Assembly (NCBI RefSeq): GCF_018350175.1
Contig: NC_058368.1
Coordinates: 232,812,001-232,876,000 of the forward strand
Direction: 5' to 3'
DNA length: 64,000 nt
Origin: Felis catus
Taxonomy: Eukaryota
In this document: positions 48,595 through 61,691 of the stretch, in pieces
Numbering within the stretch: the stretch's first letter is position 1
Layout: the number at the start of each line of letters is the position of its first letter
The notes under the pieces: generated by a model
Seen by the model: the letters and a program-made list of their open reading frames with translations, nothing else
Told to the model about the DNA's origin: nothing
The model's database searches: none
Position numbers and translations under genes: made by a program

Positions 48595-48915
48595 AGTCCT
48601 CTGTTGACCAAAGATGTAGCCACTGGCCACAAGGCTATAGGGCACTGTAAATGTGGCTGGTTCGACCTGAGATGCTGTGTACGTACAACGTGCCTCGGAT
48701 TTCAAACAGTATGAAAGAAAGGAATGCAAACTGTGTGATTTATCATCCTTTTATAATCGCTATATGTGTAAATCCTAATTTTTCCACAAGTTGGGTGAAA
48801 TAACGTTTATAATTAAAGTCAATGTCACCTTTTTTTCTTCTTTACTTTTCTAAAAGTGGCCACTCGGCCACTCAAAACTACTCGTGAGGCTTGTATTTCC
48901 ACTGGGCGGTGTTGG
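48595..48915. mobile_element. hAT-Charlie MITE (MER33/MER3-like)
   Basis: gtagccactggccacaaggcta..aaatgtggctgg..ggatttcaaa..ttgggtgaaataa..attaaagtcaatgtcacct. Confidence 0.7.
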
Positions 48916-49927
48916 TCTAGAGAAACTCAGCTGCCACCTCCAGACATCAGCGCTCCAAGTTTTGGTGGGGAGTTTAATCATTGTCGCCGCACAGGTACCG
49001 TGAGCAAGGCGCCTTGTTCCCATGAAGCACAGTAAGAACTCGTCCTGGCAGCTGTATTTACTACCGCACTCTGCTCCAAGAATATCATGTCATTTACACC
49101 CAATACTTTTTTCTTCTTCTTTTTTATTTCCTGCTGAAAACACTTTTTTCTTTCCGGTCACTCTTCCCATTGTGTAACTCATTTTCTGTAGGACCTGCGT
49201 GCAATTTCCTGTGGGCTGGAGGTCGGGGGAGCTGGCTTCGGTGTTTCACATGTGGCTGCCGTGGCTGGAATTCTTTGGGGGGATTTCTTCACGTCCCTGT
49301 CAAGTTATACTCCATTTTCGCGATAAGCCCCACGCAAATATTTCTTCTCCAGCGGTCCCTTTCAAAATTGACTTGATTACGGTTTCGGGTGAGGAGCTAC
49401 AAGCTGTGCCTCGGTAAGCCAGTCTTATTTGTGGCCTTTGCCTGTTCCTTTGATCATTTTCCTGATGGTTCACATTATCGGGGTGGAAATGACTCTCTCT
49501 GCTATCACGGTAACCTAATGGCCCTCCGCATTTTGTACCCACCTTCCGACCGAGTCCTGCTCTCCTGGGACTTCATTAGTCACCAGAAAAAATCAGTGTG
49601 ATGAATTGTTTACACCCACAATCTGATGATTTTTGCCCAGGAGAGTCCACTTATCACAAGGAAGCATGCAGGGAAGTCCTTTAGTGGCTCCAGAGATAAT
49701 GTCCTGTATCTTTGGGCAATCATCTCTTCCTCTGATTTCTAGAAATATTACTTGACTTATTTTTTGTTTCTTTACTTTCATGCCCTTGTCCATATTCTTT
49801 GTCTTAAAAAATAGGCATTATACTTTATAAAAACCATTAGAGATGTCTTAATTTATTGACTGATGATAAACATAGAAGTCCAGATTATTGTGCTGAATAT
49901 GACATTTTTTTTAATCACGTTTTTATA

Positions 49928-50905
49928 AGAGTTTGGTGGTGTCTTTCAAAATTAAGCATGCTCTTACCACACGACCCAGCATTGAGCTTCTTGGTAGTTG
50001 CCAGAGTTGAAAACTTATGTCCACACAAAAATCCTGGTCACAGATGTTTATAAAAATGTATTCACAATCGGGGCGCCTGGGTGGCTCAGTCAGTTAAGCT
50101 TCTGACTTCAGCTCAAGTCATGATCTCACGGTTCATGGGTTCGAGCCCCCCGTCGGGCTTTGTGCTGACGGTTCAGAGCCTGGAACCTGTTTCGGATTCT
50201 GTGACTCCCTCTTGCTCTGCCCCTCCCCTGCTCATGTTCTGTGTCTCCCTGACTCTCACAAATAAATAAAGGTAAAAAAAAAAATGTTTTTAATGTATTC
50301 ATAATCGCCAAAACTTGGAAGCAACTAAAATGTCCCTCAGGAAGTGAATGGACAAACGAACTGTAGTGCATGCAAACAATGGAATGTTACTCAGTGCTAA
50401 AAAGAAATTAGCTATCAGGCTGTGAAAAGACATGAAGGAACCTTAAATACATATTACTCCGTGAGATAAGCCACTCTGACAAGGCTACCTATTGTATGAT
50501 TCCAGCTATATGACATTTTGGAAAAGGCAAAATGACGGAGAGAGGAAAAAGATCAGTGGTTGTCAGAGCTTTGGGGAGTGGAGACGAGTCAACAGAACAC
50601 AGGATTTTCGGGGCAGTGAAGCTGTTCTGCGTGGTACTGTACCGATGGGCACCTGTCATCACACGTTTGTTCAAACCCAGAGAACGCACAACACCAAGAG
50701 TGAATCTCAAGGTACACCATGGGCTCAGAGTGATTTTGAGATGTCAGTGCAACTTCATGAATCACAGATGCACAACGCTGGTGGCGATACTGATGGGGGA
50801 GGCTTGTGAACGTGTCGGGGCAGGACACTTACGGGAAATCTCTGTACTTTTGTTCCGTTTTGCCATGAACCAAAGACTGCTCCAGAAAAATAGTCTTTAA
50901 AGAAT
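49928..50905 (+). mobile_element. Old L1 (L1MB/MC-like) 3' end interrupted by a SINE
   Basis: ttaccacacgacccagca; gaaaacttatgtccacacaaaa; gccaaaacttggaagcaac; tgtatgattcca..atgacattttggaaaaggcaaaa; ggaaatctctgtactt. Confidence 0.88.
50070..50292 (+). mobile_element. CanSINE nested in L1
   Basis: TSD aatgtattca(c/t)aatcg. Confidence 0.96.
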
Positions 50906-51132
50906 AACATTTGAAACAAACAAAAAGATAGGTGAGTATTCATAGATACATAAGTGAGGAGCCTTATCCATTTCACTGAGACCCGTTTTAATAATGTATT
51001 ATGTTCTATGTTTAATAATCATGAATTTTTTACATTCACGTTTTTGCCTCTTCACCCCATGTTCTTGGGCGGAAACTGTGAATTACGAGATTGGGTGTAA
51101 TGTGGTTTTATATTAAAAAAAAATCATGTTAG

Positions 51133-51319
51133 GGGGCGCCTGGGTGGCTCAGTAGGTCAAGCATCTGACTTCCGCTTAGGTCATGATCTCACTCTTCTTG
51201 AGATCTAGCCCTGCGTCGGATTCTGTGTCTCCCTCTCTCTGTCCCTCCCCTGCTTGTGCACTTTATGTCTCTCTCTCTCTCTCAAATATAAATCAAAACA
51301 TTTAAAAAATAAAAAAAAA
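51133..51319 (+). mobile_element. CanSINE with internal deletion
   Basis: ggggcgcctgggtggctcag...ctgcgtcggattctgtgtctccc...poly-A. Confidence 0.93.
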
Positions 51320-51489
51320 GGCATGTAACTTAGTGAATGATTCTGAATCGAATATCCTTACTTCTTTACTTTTCATTATAGGTTTGTTAAGTAACTGGGT
51401 ATCCCTAAACACTGTAGTTTTTTTGTTTTGTTTTGTTTTGTGGTGTTTTTTTTTTTGTTTGTTTTTTAGTATTTCTTCTTGTTTTTTAA

Positions 51490-53135
51490 ATAGTTTTACC
51501 AAGTTATAACAGCCATTGCAATAAATTACATATATTTAACTTGGACCATTTGATATGTTTAGATACAGTCACGTACTATGAAACCACCAATACCAATCAT
51601 AACACCGAACATGTTTATGGGCCTACAAGTTTCCTTGTTTGAAATCCTCAATGATAATTATTTCTTCCACCTTTTTCTACCGTTACTCATCCCTTCGCCT
51701 CTGGGCCCAGGCAACCACCGTTCAGCTTTTTGACATTTCAGTTTGCATTTTATGTAACTGGAATCACACAATGTGCGACTCTCTTTTTTGACTTCGTTTA
51801 CTCAAAACTTATTTTGATATCCGTCTATATTGTTCGCATTACTAATGGGCCATTCTTTTGTCTGCTGAATGACATCGGATTGTATGGATCTACCATAATC
51901 TATCCATTCACCTGCTGGTAGACTTGTGGGTTGTTCACATCTTTGCCCCGTGACCAGTACACCCGCTGTGAACGTTTGCGTGGAAGTTTTTTCTGTGAAC
52001 GTAGGTTTTCGTTTATTTGGGGTAAGTGCCTAGATGTGTAGCATCTGTGTCACGTGGCACAAATATCTTTGAATGTTCACAAACGGCCATACTGTTTTCC
52101 CTTGGGAAGCGACTTCCCAAGTCGTCAAGCGACTGCTTGACGTTCAAAACGTCCCTTTGGGAGGGCATGTGAATTCTGATGGCTGTTCATCTTCGCCAAC
52201 AACGATACCATCAGTGGTTTACTGAGAAGCATGTTGGTTTCCATGTAGTTGGTGATTTTCCACGTTTCTGTGATTGATTTCGTATTTAATTCCCTGTACT
52301 CAGAGCACACTTTGTGTATTTTGAAATGTTTTATTTATTGATATTACTTTTCTTCCTTTGTTCGTTCTTTCTTTCTTTCTTTCTTTCTTTCCTTCCTTCT
52401 TTCTTTCTCTCCTTCTTTCCTTCTTTCACCTAGATTACAGTCTATCCTGGGAAAGATTTCATATGTATGTGACAAGAATGTGATTCAGCAGTTGTAGGAC
52501 TGAGGACTTTATAACACAGTCAGGTAAGCATGGGGACACCACTTTTCAAGTCTAGCAATGTCCTTATTGATGTTTTGTAATGTATTTCTAGAACAGCGTT
52601 CTATTAGTTGTTGAGAGGGCAGTGTGAAAATAGCCAACTATAGTTGTAAATGTGTCTGTCTCTGTAGTTCTGTAAGTTTTTGCTCATGAATTCCGCAGTC
52701 CTGTTACCAGTTGCACACATGTTTAGTGTTACTATGTCTTATTAATGGAACATTCTCTCAATCCGTGGTAAATGGATTTCTTGCCTTGAAATGCACTTTG
52801 GTATTAATTAAACCACTTCATCGATTTTTGGATTAATGTTAGCTTGCTTTATCTTTTTCCATCATTTTATTTAACATAGCTGTGCCTTTATGTTTAAAGC
52901 GCAAAGGGTTTTTTGTTTGTTTGGTTTTTTGTCTTTTATAAACAGCTTATATTTGGGTCTTGCTTTTTTAATCCAACCTAGCAATTTGTGCCTTTTTAAT
53001 TGATGTATTTACACCATTCCTTTTAATCTGATTACTGACCCAATTGTCTTTAACCCATTGTATTACATTTTGTTTTCTATTTGTTACACCTAGTTTTTGT
53101 TCCCTGTTTTCTTTTTGTCTGTCTTATTTTGGATT
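51490..53135 (-). mobile_element. Old, degenerate L1M fragments
   Basis: ccccaggcaaccac-like, ctatccattcacctgctgg, gctgtgaac, aactatagttgtaa and cttgctttttt..atccaacct..caatttgtgcctttttaattg antisense L1 motifs. Confidence 0.7.
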
Positions 53136-53141
53136 GAGCAT

Positions 53142-53325
53142 TTTAATTTTTTAATGTTTCTTTATTTGTTTACAGGGAGCTGCAGAGAGAGAGGGAAAGA
53201 GAAAATCCCAGTCAGTCTCCACGTTGTCAGTGCTGAGCCCAACGTGGGGCTCAACCTCACAAACCCTGAGATCTTGACCTGAGCCAAAAATCAAGAGTCG
53301 GACGCTTAACCAACTGAGCCACCCC
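53142..53325 (-). mobile_element. CanSINE, 5' end truncated
   Basis: ...aatcaagagtcggacgcttaaccaactgagccaccc. Confidence 0.9.
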
Positions 53326-54227
53326 ATAAGTGAGTATTTTTTAAAATGATATTTACAGCTTTGGGCTATGTGGTCGGACGAGCCTGTAGAATTTGTAACT
53401 CTGTCCTTTACCAACTAGCCTTACTCACCCACTACTTTCTGTGAGTTTGGTTACATGCTCATTACGTGCTGCATTCCCTGAGCCTCTACGTCATCTTGTT
53501 TCCCACCTCACACTGTGAACGTTGAATAACATGGTGTAAGGGGCTGTATAAGCTCTGTAACCAATGGCAGTTTCTTAATGACTTGCTTTTGCAGCCCCAG
53601 AACAGGTTGACTGAACCTGTACACAACTCCCTCACCAAGGTTCAGGCATGTGGTCACAGGTGTGTGTCAGAGGAAAAGAGGGAAACTAGCCAGTCTCAAA
53701 AAAGAAGACACAAGATCAAGTGGTCAAGAACAGCCGTGGTGCGAATGCTCTAAGAGTATCATGAGTTGCTCCATGGATGGAAAACAAGCTCTGGTAGAGA
53801 GCCCTCAGTGTTCCCATCTCCCTTCATCAGGAAGAAAATCAGGATCCCAGAACTTGAATGTTTATGTCTGTAAGGGAAACTGTGAGGTCATGGGAGTGGG
53901 AGGACTTTTCTAGCTTTTAAATCATTTTAGATGTGTATTAATTAGCTTATATTTCAGTGGATAAATATGTCTTTAATTATATTACATGCTGATTTATAAA
54001 ATGAGCTATTACATTTGTTAATTTGGTTATTAACTATTGAATTATACACACTAATAACTCCTGAACAGCATAGTGCCTTATATTTTTCAAATACTTACGT
54101 ATGTATTTATTCTTCTGTTTTCTCACCTTAATTTATAAAATGAGATCAACAGGTCAGATTTTAGGGTCAGTCTCTTATTGCTGTGGAATCTGAATCAGAG
54201 AGCATGAGCAACTTGTCTGAGGAATCA

Positions 54228-55081
54228 TCGTCAGTTGGGTCAAAGAGAACATCACACCACACAATGTTAAACAGGCAAGCAGACTTTATTTAAGGCTATT
54301 GCAAAAGGAGAAAGAGTCAGGAACTGAAAGTGGACTCAATTCTGCTGAACAAAGGTGATAAAGTTTTTTAACTGCTGGTGTGAACTAGTAGAAAATACCA
54401 GAAGACTTTATGGGTCTGTTGATCAATGGAATGTGTCCGACACTTTGAGTCATTCCTGACTTTGCAATGCTGTTCTCTGTTGATGAAGACATCTGTATTT
54501 GCTGGTAGGTAGGTACCCATCGAAAGTAGGTTCCCACCCTCCCACAGAGTCTGGGAGATAAGGACCCTAACTTCCTTGAAGATTACATTTCGAAGGGATG
54601 TCTCCCAGGCTTTTGAGAAAGACAATCCTGTGTTGTAAAAGTGACAAAAACTTTAAAAAGGTTTATATCTCAAAGGGGCAGAGAAATTATTTCCATTTTT
54701 CGAAACATTGAAAGTTTTCTTTTTTTTATTAAAAAAATTGTTTGAATGTTTATTTGTTTTTGAGAGAGAGAGAAAGAGAGAGAGAGAGAGACAAAGACAG
54801 AGCATGAGTGGGGGAGGAGCAGAGAGAGGGAGACACAGAATCCGAAGCAGGCTCCAGGCTCTGAGAGGTCAGCACAGAGCCCGACGCGGGGCTCGAACCC
54901 ACGAGCCATGAGATCATGACTTGAGCCAAAGTCTGATGCTTAACCTGAACCAGCCAGGCTGCCCCAAATTGAATGTTTTCTAAGTAAATGCTCTAAGCAA
55001 AGGGAGGTCAGGGGCATAGGTCAGGAAGAAGCCAGTCTAAATCATGGCCAAGGTGAGGGGAATTTTAAGGCCTCTGAGTCC
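54228..55081 (-). mobile_element. ERV1-class solo LTR (MER31/MER67-like) interrupted by a SINE
   Basis: aaacaggcaagcagactttatttaaggctattgcaa (antisense poly-A signal); gattacatttcgaagggatg..ttgagaaagaca; ctcaaaggggcagagaaa; gtaaatgctctaag..gggaggtcagggg..gtcaggaagaagcc. Confidence 0.72.
54720..54965 (-). mobile_element. CanSINE nested in LTR
   Basis: TSD attgaa(a/t)gttttct. Confidence 0.95.
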
Positions 55082-56864
55082 ATTGTAAAGCACAAACTAG
55101 AATTCTGAGTTCTTCCTGTCACTTCCTGTCCTGAGCTGCCTTCAGCTCAGGGGAACATGAACTTCCCAAGGCTCAGGCTTGTTTTTTCCCAGGTTCCCTG
55201 CAGCCTCCAGCTTGGTTCCCCGTGCAAGATGGGCACAATGAATACTTGTGGAATGAACAAATGACGCCCCTCGCCCCGATTCTTCCCTTCACTGTTATTT
55301 TACTGAGTACCCGGAAAGAACATCCAAATCCCTAGGAGAGACTGAAACTCCCTCCCGTATCAAAAAGTGCGGCGATCTCAGACAGTAGCGAACCAATTGG
55401 AAACCTTTGGACCTTAGGCACTATTTTTATTTTCATTTTATTAACCAGCTGGGGAGACAAGAAAAGTAGGAAATGGGAAGAACCTTAATCTGTACAAAAG
55501 TGGAGTAGCCATGAAATTGACATCTTCCTTTATAAATCTGGTTGAGGGGGCGAGGAAAGGATACCATTAAACAAATGACTACCTCTGCATTTGTGTAGGC
55601 TGGCATTAGGACACCATTAATCCCGTCAGCCTCTGGTAGTGTCATTTAGACCACAAAATTAATACCTCGTTAAGAAAATTAGTATGGAAATTAGGTAACT
55701 GCAGAGCAATTATTGCTTGAAAGGGCGAAGTTTCAAGAGGTGGAGTGAAGAGGTTGGCACTTCTATTAATTAAATATTCTCTGAAGACAGCATCTGCCTG
55801 ATGGGAGAAGCACACGATGTTTTCGTGTTTCGAGAGAAATTGCGGGATCCCTTGCAAGGTCCTTCATCACCCCAGCAACACATCATTAGTCATTCAGTAT
55901 GAAGCACGTAAAGATCCAGAAGGGTATTTTGGCATGCACCATGTTACAAAACACACCTTCTGCCTTCAAAATGAATTTCATGTTTTCCAAATTTCCATGT
56001 CGAGCTTTTGTTTGCATTGGCTCTGATTTAGCCTCTAAAGACTGTGGCCTTCCTTTCGTTAATTCACTCATCACATATTTACTGAACTTGCTATGTGCCA
56101 AGCAGTGAGCCCGGTCCTGGATGTCTGGTGATGGAGGAGGCAGATCTGACCCTGCTTTCGTGGGGCTGAAAGTTTAAGGTGAAATTACAGCATAAACAAA
56201 AGCTCCTCAATATCTATTGAGGACTTGGGCTAAAGGGACTTGGCACTAACTGAGAGTTCGCTTTACCTTAAAATGTATTTACATTAACGTCAGACTCTGG
56301 AGTAGACTCAAAACCAACCTACTGGCCCAACATTTGTCTCCAACTTGTTTTTAAAGCTATAGTTGAGTAAGGACTTGAGCTTTCCCAACTTGAGTTTTCA
56401 GTAGGAAGAGGATTATTAGTAAAATAATGGCACATTCACACAGTGGATTATTTTGATGACGTTAAATGATGATTATGAAGACATACTCATAGCATTAATT
56501 GGGGAAAACAAGACAGCATTATATGTATGCCATCATTATAATGATTTAAAAATAGGATAACGGTCAAAATTAGATACATTAAACTACTAGTTATGATTAC
56601 GTTACTACATTATTACAGGGACACTGAGTGAGAAGGGCTTGTGTTAGAAGGGACATGAGTAACTACCCAAAGTCCTGGGAGTTAGGCTATGTGCTTAAGG
56701 AGTCACTTAAAATGCAATAGGGAGTAGAATATCGCAATGCGTTAGCCCACCTAGTAAATTATGAAACAATCATTCTGTCCTATAATAATCAAGGACAGAT
56801 CTAGACTTGAGGCTGAACTTATAATTTATAAACTTGTGCAATTTACTCTTTTAAAAGAAGTAGA

Positions 56865-58625
56865 TTTTATTTGTCTAGACCAGTGAAGCTGAGTACAGAG
56901 AGTCCCCGGATGGCTTTTTCCCATACAAAAGCACAACCTCTCTCACTCTCAATGCCCCCCCCCCCCAGAAGTGGTACATTTGTTATAACCCATGGATCTC
57001 CAATGACACGTCATTCAAAGTTCATAGTATACATTAGGGGTCCCTCTTGGTGTTCTACATTCTGGGGGTTTGGACAACTATATAATGGCCTGTACCATTT
57101 ATGTTATTACACAGAATCATTTCCCTGCCCTGAAACTCCTCTGTGCTCTGCCTGTTCATCTAGCCCTCCCCTCATGCCTGGCAACCACTAATCTTTTGTT
57201 AAATTTTTTTGTAATGTTTATTTATTTGAGAGAGAGCGAGAGGAGAGAAAGCACATGCACAAGCAGGGGGAGGGGCAGAGAAAGGGGGAGAGAGAGAAGC
57301 CCAAGCAGGCTCTGTGATGTCAGCACAGAGCCTGACTGCAGGGCTTGAACTCACAAACTGTGAGATCATGATCTGAGACCAAATAAAGAGTCCAGATGCA
57401 TAACCGACTGAGCCACCCAGGCATCCATCCACTAAACTTTTTAATGTCTATAGTTTTACCTTTTCTATGCTTTTTAATTAATTTTATTATTCAAGTATAA
57501 TTGAATACAATATATATATAACAATATATAATAACATATATATGTAATATATAACAGTATAACAATAATATAACACACAGTGTTATATTAGCTTCGGGTA
57601 TACAATATAATGATTCAATCATTCTATACATTTCCTGGAGCTCATTGAGATAAGTGTGCTCTTAATCCCCCTTTATGTATTTTGCCCCTCCCCCCACCTC
57701 CCCTCTGGCAACCACCATTTTGTCCTTTGTATCGAAGAGTCTGGTTTTGGGTCTCTTTTTCTCCTTTGTTTATTTGTTTTGTTTCTTAAATTCCCCCTTT
57801 AAGTGAAATCATATGGTAGTTGTCTTTCTCTGACTGATATTTCGTTTAGCCTTAATATTTCGTTTAGCCTTATTCCTTCTAGGTCCATCCACGCTGCAAA
57901 TGGCAATACAGTTTTGCATTTTCAAGGATGTCATATAGTTGGAATCCTCCGTAAGCAGCCTTCTCAGAGTGCTTTCTTTCACCGAGTCATATGCATTTAA
58001 GTTTCCTTTATGTCTTTTCATGGCTTGGTGGCTCATTTCCTTTTGTGCTGGATAATATTCCATTGCGTGGGCATACCACAATTTATCTGCTCACCTACTA
58101 AAGGACATCTTGTTTGCTTCCTAGGTGTGGAAATTAGGAATAAATCTGCTTAAACATTTGTGGGCAGGCTTTTGTGTGGACGTACATTTGCAGTTCGTTT
58201 GGGGAAATACTAAGGAATGTGATTGCTGGATCACAGGTACGAGGATGTTTAGGCTTGTAAGAAATCGCCAAACCACGAAAGACATGGCAACGTGACTGTA
58301 CCATTTTGTATTCCCAAGAGCAATGAATGAGTGTTCCTGTGGCACTACGTCCTTGCCAGAATTTGGTGCGGTTAATGTTTTGGATTTTAACCATTCTAAT
58401 AAATCTGTAGTAGTAGCTCCTTATTATAATTTCAATTCCTTAATGACATGTGATCGATCACGTAGTAATGCTTCTTTGCCATCTGTTCGTCTCCTTCGGC
58501 GAAGTGTCTTTCATTCAGGCTTTATCCCCATTTTTAAACATTGGATTGTTTGTTTTCTCATTGTTGAGATGTAAGAGTTCTTCATACATTTTAGATAAAA
58601 GTCCTCTGTCAGCTGTCTTTTGCAA
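56865..58625 (-). mobile_element. Old L1M 3' region with a nested SINE and a nested younger L1 3' fragment (about 57470-57905)
   Basis: cagaagtggtacatttgttataa..gttcatagtatacattaggg; cctggcaaccact; gtcatatagttggaatc; ggacatcttgtttgcttcc; ccattttgtattccca; nested piece has gtgaaatcatatggta..tgtctttctctgactg. Confidence 0.85.
57200..57426 (-). mobile_element. CanSINE nested in L1
   Basis: Typical body; TSD core ccactaa. Confidence 0.93.
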
Positions 58626-59680
58626 ATACTTTTCTCTTTTCCTCATCTTTATTGATGTATCACTGACAAATAAAATCATCTATATTTAATGTGTACAACT
58701 GGATATGTTTCTATGTGTATACTCTGTGAATAATTGCCACAACCAGCAAAGGAGTTCATTCGTATATTCTTATCTCCACCAAACAGGGTTCCATCATATG
58801 ATTTCTCTACTTCAGAGATCCTTAAATCAGTAACTGCCCACCAGGGAGCTGAGGCCCATGATCAATAATTAATTTAATAAGTTCTGGCCCCTCCAGAAAG
58901 ATTTTGTGTTTACGGTACAGGAAATTTCACACGATGACCGTGATTATGACTCAGATGATTGAAACCCTTAGGGGAACCCTCATAAGCTCTGGCTTCTGGA
59001 GTATGGGGACGAGTGAATGCCACGGATGATATCTGCATCATAACAAAAACGGGGGCGTCAATTAATTATAATGACTAGATTTCAGGAAGTGTTCTTGGAT
59101 GGGTTGTTTCAAGTGCCCTCTCTTCTTTCGGCTGCTTGTAACTTACCATTTTTTTCCCCAAAAGACATCATGGTAAACTTTACATCAGACTCAATCATTT
59201 TGAAAACACATCTTTCAGGAAAACTGGAGTGTTATAACTACCTATTAATATTTTAACTAAAAATGATTTGGTTAACATTACTGGTATTACATATAAGCTA
59301 ATAAAATTTATAATTAAAAGCAAATTAGGAAGTGAAAAACTATCATTTGCATTTTATTTTTTTAATTTATTTTTAAATCCAAATGTCATCAGCATAGGGT
59401 ATTATATTAGTTTCAAGGTGTACAATATAATGATTCAACAATTCAATGATTCAAACACTATTCAATGAATTTTAGACTAAGTATATAATAGATAAATAAT
59501 TAGCAATTTTTAGTATGTTAAAAGCAAGTCATTGCTTAAAATATTATTTATTAACATGCTTTACACATAACAGCATGTAATATGAATTACTGGGTATGTT
59601 CAGCAAGATATACAGGTATTTTTGAGTTAATAGATGTTTGTTGGTTGGTTGTATGCCCTTATTTAAAATTGCCTACCTTC

Positions 59681-59897
59681 GGGGCGCCTGGGTGGCGCAG
59701 TCGGTTAAGCGTCCGACTTCAGCCAGGTCACGATCTCGCGCTCCGTGAGTTCGAGCCCCACATCAGGCTCTGGGCTGATGGCTCAGAGCCTGGAGCCTGT
59801 TTCCGATTCTGTGTCTCCCTCTCTCTCTGCCCCTCCCCCGTTCATGCTCTGTCTCTCTCTGTCCCAAAAAATAAATAAACGTTGAAAAAAAAAATTA
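59681..59897 (+). mobile_element. CanSINE (very young SINEC_Fc)
   Basis: Near-consensus ggggcgcctgggtggcgcagtcggttaagcgtccgacttcagccagg; TSD taaaattgcctacct at 59664-59678 and 59898-59912. Confidence 0.98.
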
Positions 59898-60158
59898 TAA
59901 AATTGCCTACCTGTTTTACTTGTTGTTGCAAAGACTGGAACACCTAGATTACTGTTCAAAATTAAATATTTTAAATAAATTATTAATTTTTTAACGGTTT
60001 GAAAAAATAAATAAATAAAATAAAATTGCCTCCTTGTAATTATAGTTAAACCATTTATCATGCATTAGAGTCATTCATTAATATTCTAATGTCTTCACTG
60101 CCTTTTACTGTGGCAAGCCCAATACATCATATACACTACAGGCAATGTTTATCTTCTT

Positions 60159-60352
60159 TTTAAAAATGTTAACTTATTTATTTTGACAGAGACAGAGAGA
60201 GGGAGAGAGAGAGAGAGGGAGGGAGAGAATGCCAGGCGGGCTCTATGCTCAGCACGGAGCCCAACTTGGGGCATCATCTCACAACCACGAGATCATGACC
60301 CGAGCGGATATCAAGATCCAGACGGTTAAATGACTGATCCACCCAGGCACCC
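60159..60352 (-). mobile_element. CanSINE (older)
   Basis: TSD caatgttt(a/t)tcttctt. Confidence 0.92.
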
Positions 60353-61691
60353 CAATGTTTTTCTTCTTGAGATCCTCTACCCCAACATTTTCCCCATATC
60401 ATACCTCTTTATACCTCCATGTACTGGAGAGGTCCTTCACACAGCTAAACTATCACCTTCATTCAAAAGCCAGCTGAGACCTTCCATTTTCCTGGGACCC
60501 TTTCCTATACTCTCTCCTCTGAGCTCCCCTCACCTCCTGCAGCAGCTACAGGCTGGGCTTCTCACTTCACACTTAGCCCTTGCCATGCTGTACCGTGTAG
60601 GAATATTCGTGAATGTGTTCTTACTCCGTCACTAGGCAGCAGGTTCTTTTGTATTCTTCTTTGTGTCTTCAACAGGTGCGATGGGCCTCAGGCATACGGA
60701 TGGTCAAACAAGAAACATGAGATAGGCAAATTGATAGATTCAGATATGTAACTGAATTGCTTTGCACCACTTAATGGAAAACATCGTGACATCTCACATG
60801 CTTTGTCAGATAATGAACCTTTTTGCACATTTACGATTTTCACATTGGCCCATTTAGCATTTTTTGTATAAAATATTTACAAACACGCCTGAAGCGACAT
60901 AATATGTAGCAATTTTCAATTATGTTGGGGCATAAATCAGAATAGCCATATGCATCCCATCTTTAAAAAAAACTTTGTTCTCGTTTAATTCATAAATATT
61001 TAAGCCTCAAAACAGCTCTGTGGGTTGGGTATTACTGTTCCAGTTACAGAAGAGGAAACTGAAGAAAATAAATTCTCCAATTGGATGTGCAAACTTAATC
61101 ACTTGTGAACAACTTGGGATATGTTCCTCTGCCATAGTGTCGATCTACTGTCTTGAGGCTTTGGATATTGGTTCTAGTAAAACAATGTCAACAACATCGC
61201 TCTTAACTAATTGGAAATGTGTCTTTTGCACAGTATTTGGGAAGCACTATGAAGTCCGCAAGCATTATTCCTTCGACATGTCTGCAACTTCCAGATCCAG
61301 TGCTCTGGTTCTGTTCCCATGGCAATCACCGTAGAGGGAAGAGTACAATTCGGTGGTAATAATAATCACATTTATTCAATAGGTTCATAGGGGGAAAGTG
61401 TATCATCACCGTCTCAACGAAATGAAATTGAAGAGTTTTTTTCAATTTTTTTTTTCCCTTGGATGCCTTTGACATTTAAGTTTGCTTTATTTTTTTTAAT
61501 ATACGAAATCTTTAAGTATAGTTAAGATAAAATTACATTAGTGAGAAAGTAACATTAAAACAGAAAATCAATTTCTACATGAAGCCAAAAAATATTTTTT
61601 TTTAATATTTAAGTACAAAGAAGTTCAAGGAGGAATATAAACAAAAGATGAAGTAAATAGATAAGGATAGAATATATTTAGGGGATGATAA

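Noticed and set aside
60655..60680. tgtgtcttcaac as part of the missing upstream SEMA5A exon (CVFN)
   Set aside because: Only 12 nt match, the flanks do not continue the SEMA5A frame, and it lies on the wrong side of the exon.
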